In this document: positions 58,090-64,000 of the stretch, piece by piece | Position numbering within the stretch: the first letter of the stretch is position 1 | Layout of the letters: every line of letters starts with the position of its first letter | Source: Candidatus Niyogibacteria bacterium | GTDB lineage: Bacteria > Patescibacteriota > Minisyncoccia > HO2-45-28 | Assembly: GCA_016432485.1 (NCBI GenBank) | Contig: CP066691.1 | Coordinates: 11,348-75,347, forward strand | DNA: 64,000 bases | Direction of reading: 5' to 3' | Made by a program: the position numbers and the translations under genes | Notes under the pieces: generated by a model | What the model was told of the DNA's origin: nothing | Database searches by the model: none | Seen by the model: the letters and a program-made list of their open reading frames with translations, nothing else

Positions 58090-60294
58090 ATGGCTTTTCG
58101 GCTCAAAAAACTGGAGCTTTCCGGGTTTAAGTCTTTTGCCAAGGCGACTCATTTTGATTTTCCCCAGCCGATAACGGCGATTGTGGGTCCTAATGGCGCC
58201 GGCAAATCTAATGTTGTGGAATCTATTCGCTGGGTTTTGGGCGAGCAGTCGCTGAAAAGCTTAAGAGGCAAAAAAGGCGAAGACCTTATTTTCAGCGGGT
58301 CGCAATCTGCGCCCCGGCTTTCAAAAGCGTCAGTCGCTCTTTATTTTGATAATTCTCTGCACCAGTTTCCGATTGAGTTTGATGAGGTGGTGATCGGCCG
58401 AAGAGTGTATCGCGACGGCCAAAGCGAGTATCTTCTGAACGGTTCTGAAGTGCGGCTTAAGGATATTATTGAGCTTTTGGGCAGTGTCGGGTTGGGAGTT
58501 TCACAGCATCATATAATCGGCCAGGGCGAAGCCGACCGGATTCTTTACGCGTCATCCAAAGAAAAGCAGTCGGCGTTTGAAGACGCGCTCGGCCTCAAGG
58601 TATACCAGTTTAAAAGGATAGAAGCGGAAAGAAAATTATCCAAAACCGAAGAAAATATGCGGCAAGCTCAGGCTCTGCAAAAAGAGATTAAACCGCATCT
58701 GAAACATCTTGAGCGCTTGGTTGAAAGATATAAACAGGCGGAAGACATCAAAGCCGGCCTTGAGAAAGTGTTAAAAGAATATCTGGCCCGGCTGAAAGCA
58801 ACGCTTGAGAGCGCTAAGTCAGGCCTGTCTTCAAAAAAAGAAAAGCCGGTTTCCGAACTTCGCGTCGCTGAAAAAAAGATAGAAGAACTCAAAAATAAAC
58901 TAGCCGGCCTTGAAAAATTTGAAGAAGAGCCGAAAGGATTGAAGGAATTTGACGCTGAATTGAGCCGAATCCGCGAAAGCAAGGCTAAAATTGAACGCGA
59001 TTTGGGGCGTCTCGAAGGAATGATTGAGGTTTCTTCTTCCGAATCGTCAATAGAAGGTGAAAAGATTCCCAGGGAAGACGTGGAGGACTTACTTACGAGC
59101 CTTGACGATTCATTGTCTTCGGCCATGGATACTGACGTAATTGAAGAAATATACGCCATAATTCAGGAAGTTATTTCAAAAATAACCTCTTTTTTGGGCG
59201 GTTTTGTTTCGGGCACAGAAGCCAAGTCCGGACACGAAAATTTGTTTAAGAAGAAAAAAGAGATTGAAGCGGTTCTTTTACGCTTGTCGGATGAAGAAAA
59301 GGCGGCGATCAAAAAACGGGACGCGCTGAACTCGGTTTTTTATGAATATAATCGTGATCGTCGGATGGCTGAAAAAGATATTTTTGTCCTTGAATCAGAA
59401 ACGAACAATCTGCGAAACGCTCTTGGCGTTTTAGATTTGGAACAGGAAAAAATAAAGATGAAAGAAGAGGAGTTTATCCGCGAACTGGAAGAAGCCAGGA
59501 GATTTTTCGGCGAAAGCAAAATAGAATTGGCTGATGCCGAAATTTTTAATGAAAATGAGCGCGAAAAAATGAGGAAAGAACTCGACCGGATTAAATTCCG
59601 TCTGGAAGAGGCCGGAGGCGTGGACCAGGCTATAATCGGCGAATACGAAGAAATAAAAGGGCGCGACGAATTTTTTGCCAAAGAGCTGGAAGATTTGGGC
59701 AAGGCGGCCAAGAGTTTGCGCCAAATTTCAAGGGAACTGGGCGATAAAATAGAGCACGATTTCAATCAGGGGATAGAAAAAATAAATAAAGAATTCCAGA
59801 ATTTTTTTGAAACGATGTTCGGCGGAGGAAAAGCCAGGTTGGTTGTCATTCATCCGGAAAAAAGAACTAAGAAAGAAGGAGAAGAAGATTTAATTAATAC
59901 GGAAGAAGAAGGTTTGCCTGCCGAGGCTTTGATAAAAGAAGGCGGGGTTGAAATTGATGTCAGTTTGCCGAGGAAAAAAGTGAAAGGATTGGATATGCTT
60001 TCGGGAGGTGAACGAGCTTTGACTTCCATAGCACTTTTGTTCGCGATGTCAAAGGTGAATCCGCCGCCGTTCTTGGTTTTAGACGAAACCGACGCCGCTC
60101 TGGACGAATCCAATTCCAGAAGATATAGCGCGATGCTCAAAAATCTTTCCGCGACCACTCAAGTTATCACCATCACTCATAACCGCGAAACAATGCGTCA
60201 GGCCGGCGTTCTTTACGGAGTCACCATTGGTTCTGACGGCGTTTCGCGCATTTTGTCTCTTCGTCTCTCCGAAGCTGAAGAAATAGCGAAGTAG
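58090..60294 (+). CDS. smc: Short SMC family ATPase, apparently lacking the hinge domain
   Basis: GFKSF, GPNGAGKSN, LSGGE, LDETDAALD; only about 735 aa. Confidence 0.85.
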   Translation: MAFRLKKLELSGFKSFAKATHFDFPQPITAIVGPNGAGKSNVVESIRWVLGEQSLKSLRGKKGEDLIFSGSQSAPRLSKASVALYFDNSLHQFPIEFDEVVIGRRVYRDGQSEYLLNGSEVRLKDIIELLGSVGLGVSQHHIIGQGEADRILYASSKEKQSAFEDALGLKVYQFKRIEAERKLSKTEENMRQAQALQKEIKPHLKHLERLVERYKQAEDIKAGLEKVLKEYLARLKATLESAKSGLSSKKEKPVSELRVAEKKIEELKNKLAGLEKFEEEPKGLKEFDAELSRIRESKAKIERDLGRLEGMIEVSSSESSIEGEKIPREDVEDLLTSLDDSLSSAMDTDVIEEIYAIIQEVISKITSFLGGFVSGTEAKSGHENLFKKKKEIEAVLLRLSDEEKAAIKKRDALNSVFYEYNRDRRMAEKDIFVLESETNNLRNALGVLDLEQEKIKMKEEEFIRELEEARRFFGESKIELADAEIFNENEREKMRKELDRIKFRLEEAGGVDQAIIGEYEEIKGRDEFFAKELEDLGKAAKSLRQISRELGDKIEHDFNQGIEKINKEFQNFFETMFGGGKARLVVIHPEKRTKKEGEEDLINTEEEGLPAEALIKEGGVEIDVSLPRKKVKGLDMLSGGERALTSIALLFAMSKVNPPPFLVLDETDAALDESNSRRYSAMLKNLSATTQVITITHNRETMRQAGVLYGVTIGSDGVSRILSLRLSEAEEIAK

Positions 60295-60347
60295 ACCATT
60301 TTTTGATATAGTATTTTTAGGAGTTCTTCTGAAAAAAGGGAGGGGAC

Positions 60348-60821
60348 ATGGTCTACAGCGATAAAGTCGTTGATCATTTCAATAACCCCCGCAATATCGG
60401 AAGTTTGGATAAGAATGATCCAAAAGTCGGAACGGGGATTGCCGGAGCGCCCGAGTGCGGAGACGTGATGAAATTGCAGATTAAAGTGGTCCGTGAACAT
60501 TTATGTCAGGATTGCCAGAATTCTTGGCTGGCCGAATCGCAAGAGGCGACCTGTCCGCGCTGTAACGGCAATAAAATCAATATTCGGGATGTCATAGTTG
60601 ACGCCAAGTTTAAGACCTTCGGCTGCGGCAGCGCCATTGCCAGCTCCAGTTTAGCCACCGAGTGGTTAAAAGGAAAAACTCCCGATGAAGCTCTGGAAAT
60701 CAAAAATACTCAAATAGTCAATGAACTGAGTTTGCCGCCGGTAAAAATCCACTGCTCGGTTCTGGCCGAAGACGCCATTCGAGCTGCAGTTAAAGATTTC
60801 AAAAAGAAACAGAGTGAATAA
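60348..60821 (+). CDS. iscU: Fe-S cluster scaffold IscU with inserted Zn-ribbon
   Basis: CGDVM, FGCGSA, LPPVKIHCS; insertion CQDC...CPRC. Confidence 0.88.
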   Translation: MVYSDKVVDHFNNPRNIGSLDKNDPKVGTGIAGAPECGDVMKLQIKVVREHLCQDCQNSWLAESQEATCPRCNGNKINIRDVIVDAKFKTFGCGSAIASSSLATEWLKGKTPDEALEIKNTQIVNELSLPPVKIHCSVLAEDAIRAAVKDFKKKQSE

Positions 60822-60888
60822 ACCGTTTTCAACGGCCGTTAAAATACGGCCGTTTGACTTTTGCGGTTTTATTTTATAAACTCTTTTT

Positions 60889-61227
60889 ATGTTGGTAATA
60901 CGATTACAGCGCGTAGGACGCAAAAACGACCCTCATTTCAGGGTCGTAATTATGGATAAAAGGAGCGCGGCTAAGGCCGGCAAAGCCATTGAATTTTTGG
61001 GTTCGTACGATTCTCGCCAGAAAGCAATAAATCTCAAAGAAGACCGGATTAAATACTGGCTTTCGGTGGGCGCTAAACCATCTGATACGGTTCATAATCT
61101 TTTGATTTCCAAAAATATCATTCAGGGCGTAAAAATAGACGTTTCGGCCAAATCCAAAAAGATTGAAGCTCCGGCCGAAGTTGCGGCGGAAAAAACGGAA
61201 GAAAAAGTTGAAGAAAAATCCGAATAA
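60889..61227 (+). CDS. rpsP: 30S ribosomal protein S16
   Basis: IRLQRVG, WLSVGAKPSDTV. Confidence 0.95.
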   Translation: MLVIRLQRVGRKNDPHFRVVIMDKRSAAKAGKAIEFLGSYDSRQKAINLKEDRIKYWLSVGAKPSDTVHNLLISKNIIQGVKIDVSAKSKKIEAPAEVAAEKTEEKVEEKSE

Positions 61228-61265
61228 CATTTGTAGCGATCTTTCTAACGGGGTAAAATTAACTG

Positions 61266-62342
61266 ATGATGTCTGATATCGTGATTTTTATAGTCGTGCT
61301 TGCTGTTTTGGTTTTGGCGCACGAATTCGGGCATTTTATTGCCGCAAGAAGAAAAGGAGTAAGGGTGGAAGAATTCGGTTTCGGTTTTCCGCCGCGGCTT
61401 TTCGGTTTTCAAAAAGGCGAAACTTTTTACTCTTTTAATCTTTTGCCGTTGGGGGGCTTTGTTAAGATTTCAGGCGAGAACGACGTTGACTCTTCCGACC
61501 CGCGAAATTTTGCTTCTCACGGCGTCAGAACACGCGCTTCCATACTTTCGGCCGGAGTTTTTTTCAATATTATTTTGGCTTTCATTATTTTTTCTTCGGC
61601 AGTATCAATCGGGATGCCGGTTGACGCCGGGGATCCGCTCTGGAGCGGGAGAGTTCGCGATAAAGCCGTAACCGTAGTTGAAATTTTGCCGGAATCGGCC
61701 GCCGAGACCGCGGGATTAATTATCGGCGATAAAATTCTGTCGCTTGAAGCCGATGCGGCGCGGGTCGTAACGACCGGCGTTTCGGATGTTCATGAATTCA
61801 CTGTAAATCACGCGGGCCGGCCGATAAAGATTGAAATAGATAGAAACGGCCAAAAAAATATTTTATCCGCGGTTTTAAGTGAAAATAAAATCGCTCCTTT
61901 GGGCGTTGCCACGGCCGAGATAGGAAAAATAGATGTTCCTTGGTATAAAATTCCATGGGTCGGTCTGGAGCTCACTTTTTTGACGGCGTGGCGGACGCTT
62001 GGAGGGTTTTTTCACATATTTCAGATGCTTTTTTCCGGTCAATCCGTAGCCGGTTTTATCAGCGGTCCTGTCGGAATTTTTTCCATTGTTTCGGGCAGTA
62101 TTGATATGGGACTTGCGGTCATAATGTCTTTGGTCGCGGTTCTTTCCATAAATCTGGCGATTATAAACCTCATACCCATTCCGGGGCTTGACGGCGGACA
62201 CCTGCTTTTTTTGGCTGTTGAAGCCGCGCGAGGCAGGCCGGTGGGCCGGAAAATAAGCGGCTTGGCGCATGCCGCCGGTTTTGCTATCTTGATAATGCTG
62301 ATGCTCGTTGTTACTTATTTGGATATTAAACTTAGATTATAA
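61266..62342 (+). CDS. rseP: Site-2 protease RseP (M50 plus PDZ)
   Basis: HEFGH, PLGGFV, NLIPIPGLDGG. Confidence 0.9.
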   Translation: MMSDIVIFIVVLAVLVLAHEFGHFIAARRKGVRVEEFGFGFPPRLFGFQKGETFYSFNLLPLGGFVKISGENDVDSSDPRNFASHGVRTRASILSAGVFFNIILAFIIFSSAVSIGMPVDAGDPLWSGRVRDKAVTVVEILPESAAETAGLIIGDKILSLEADAARVVTTGVSDVHEFTVNHAGRPIKIEIDRNGQKNILSAVLSENKIAPLGVATAEIGKIDVPWYKIPWVGLELTFLTAWRTLGGFFHIFQMLFSGQSVAGFISGPVGIFSIVSGSIDMGLAVIMSLVAVLSINLAIINLIPIPGLDGGHLLFLAVEAARGRPVGRKISGLAHAAGFAILIMLMLVVTYLDIKLRL

Positions 62343-62350
62343 AAACAAGG

Positions 62351-63583
62351 ATGAAACAAAGTCAATTTTTTGTCAGAACTTTAAAGGAAAAGCCGAAAGA
62401 CGCCGAAAGCGCGGGGAATGCTTTTTTGCTTAGGGGCGGATTTATAGACAAAAATTCTTCCGGGGTTTATACTTTTTTGCCCATGGGACTGCGCGTTCTT
62501 GAAAAAATCAACAAAGTTATACGCGAAGAAATGAATGCCCTCGGCGCTTCCGAACTTTTGATGCCGGCACTCATTGCCGAAAAATACTGGAAATCCACCC
62601 GGCGCTGGGATGCCGAAGTGCTTTATAAAGTTAAGGATTCGTCTGGGCAGGATTACGGCCTTGCTTTTACCCACGAAGAAGTTTTAACTCCGCTTCTTAA
62701 AAAATTCATATCCAGCTATAGAGACCTGCCGCTGGCGCTTTATCAGATTCAGACAAAGTTTAGAGATGAGCCAAGGGCCAGAGCCGGACTTATCAGGACC
62801 AAAGAGTTTGTGATGAAAGATCTTTATAGTTTTCATTCCGATGAAAAAGATTTAGAGTCTTATTATTGGCGCGCGGCCGGCGCTTACAAGAAAATATTCA
62901 AGCGTTTAGGTCTTGAAGCTAAAATTGTTGAGGCTTCGGGTGGCGGATTCACCAAAGAATATACTCACGAATTTCAGGTTCTGACACCGGCCGGTGAAGA
63001 CGAAATTTTTTACTGCCTCGATTGTGATTTCGCGCAGAATAAAGAAATCACTAAGATCAAAGAAGGAGATAAATGTCCGAACTGCGGCAAAGACAGAATT
63101 AAAAAAGAAAACGGTATTGAGGCGGGAAACATTTTCAGACTGGGCACCCGTTTTTCCGAAGCGGCCGACCTTTCATATAAAGACAAAAGCGGCAACAAAA
63201 AATTCGTGGTTATGGGTTCTTACGGCATCGGGCCTTCAAGGATAATGGGGGCGCTTGCTGAAATAAACCGCGATGAAAAAGGTCTGATTTGGACTTCGGA
63301 GACAAGTCCGTTTAAGGCTCATTTACTTGAGTTTGAAGGCGGAGAAAAACAAGCTGCCGGCGTTTATAAAGCATTGAGCGATGCCGGAGCGGAAACGCTG
63401 TATGATGATCGTAATGGAGCTACTGCCGGCGAAAAATTAGCCGATGCCGACTTGCTGGGAATTACCTGGCGGGTTATCGCGAGCGCGCGAACACGCGCTC
63501 AAAATAAAATTGAGCTTAAAATGAGAGGTGAAAATCAAAGCCGGCAGGTCACCTTAAAACAGCTTTTAAATTATGTTAAATAA
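62351..63583 (+). CDS. proS: Proline--tRNA ligase (short, lacking the editing insertion)
   Basis: THEE, QTKFRDE.R.R.GL.R.KEF.MKD.YSF, MGSYGIG. Confidence 0.93.
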   Translation: MKQSQFFVRTLKEKPKDAESAGNAFLLRGGFIDKNSSGVYTFLPMGLRVLEKINKVIREEMNALGASELLMPALIAEKYWKSTRRWDAEVLYKVKDSSGQDYGLAFTHEEVLTPLLKKFISSYRDLPLALYQIQTKFRDEPRARAGLIRTKEFVMKDLYSFHSDEKDLESYYWRAAGAYKKIFKRLGLEAKIVEASGGGFTKEYTHEFQVLTPAGEDEIFYCLDCDFAQNKEITKIKEGDKCPNCGKDRIKKENGIEAGNIFRLGTRFSEAADLSYKDKSGNKKFVVMGSYGIGPSRIMGALAEINRDEKGLIWTSETSPFKAHLLEFEGGEKQAAGVYKALSDAGAETLYDDRNGATAGEKLADADLLGITWRVIASARTRAQNKIELKMRGENQSRQVTLKQLLNYVK

Positions 63584-64000
63584 ATTTTTCAGTTTTTTTT
63601 CAAAAGACGTGGGGATTGACCTTGGGACGGCCAATGTTTTGGTTTACGCGGAGGGCCGGGGCGTTGTCATAAACGAGCCGTCGGTAATCGCTTTGAATCA
63701 AAAAACCGGACAAGTGGTGGCCATAGGCGCTGAAGCCAGGCGGATGGTCGGCCGGACGCCGAGCCATGTTTCAATAGTGCGTCCGCTGGTTGAAGGCGTC
63801 ATATCTGATTTTGAGGTCACCCAGGAAATGCTTTCTTATTTTATTAAAAAAGTTCATCAGCCCAAGTCTTCTTTTTTGGCGCGGCCGCGCGTGGTTATTG
63901 GCGTGCCTTCCGGTATAACCGAGGTTGAACGCAGAGCCGTGAGGGATGCGGCGCGCAATTCAGGAGCCCGCGAAGTTTATTTGGTTGAGGAACCGATGGC
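63573..64000 (+). CDS. mreB: Rod shape-determining protein MreB (runs off the window end)
   Basis: MLNKFFSFFSKDVGIDLGTAN...EPSV...RPL..GVI.DF...VP.GITEVERRA. Confidence 0.92.
   Translation, partial: MLNKFFSFFSKDVGIDLGTANVLVYAEGRGVVINEPSVIALNQKTGQVVAIGAEARRMVGRTPSHVSIVRPLVEGVISDFEVTQEMLSYFIKKVHQPKSSFLARPRVVIGVPSGITEVERRAVRDAARNSGAREVYLVEEPM

Overview
Chromosomal segment from a bacterium of moderately low GC using the standard code (TGA is a stop). Compact gene content, a hinge-less SMC, a short AspRS, a PaaX/Cas2-like regulator and mostly leaderless-looking housekeeping genes suggest Patescibacteria/CPR (Parcubacteria-like); this is inference. (1) 1-24 kb is a surface-glycan locus: a pseudaminic-acid-type pathway (pseB, pseC, pseH-like, pseI, SpsF/PseF-like), a hisH/hisF/amidotransferase amidination module, an ABC flippase, a sulfotransferase next to a pyruvate kinase-ATP sulfurylase fusion, and an O-antigen-ligase/TPR protein. 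(2) 24-31 kb holds repetitive surface proteins, dnaX and tRNA-Gln. (3) 31-37 kb holds ThiF + nitroreductase + 7TM histidine kinase, a candidate small-molecule signalling module interrupted by two solitary genes. (4) 38.3-41.5 kb is an array of small accessory genes, most with their own promoter and terminator, separated by degenerate copies of a SEC-C coding tail (KKCHGA*) and palindromic elements. It is integron-like, has no recombinase in the window, and is the top candidate for an undescribed system. (5) 41.5-64 kb is core genes (scpAB, mraY, PBP2, greA, lysS, mraZ-rsmH-ftsL-ftsI-murF, tRNA-Glu, rnhB, rpmF, nusB-NUDIX, rnc, smc, iscU, rpsP, rseP, proS, partial mreB). Several short palindromic element families occur between genes and in-frame inside coding sequences. 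All calls come from motif recognition by eye; no database searches were run.
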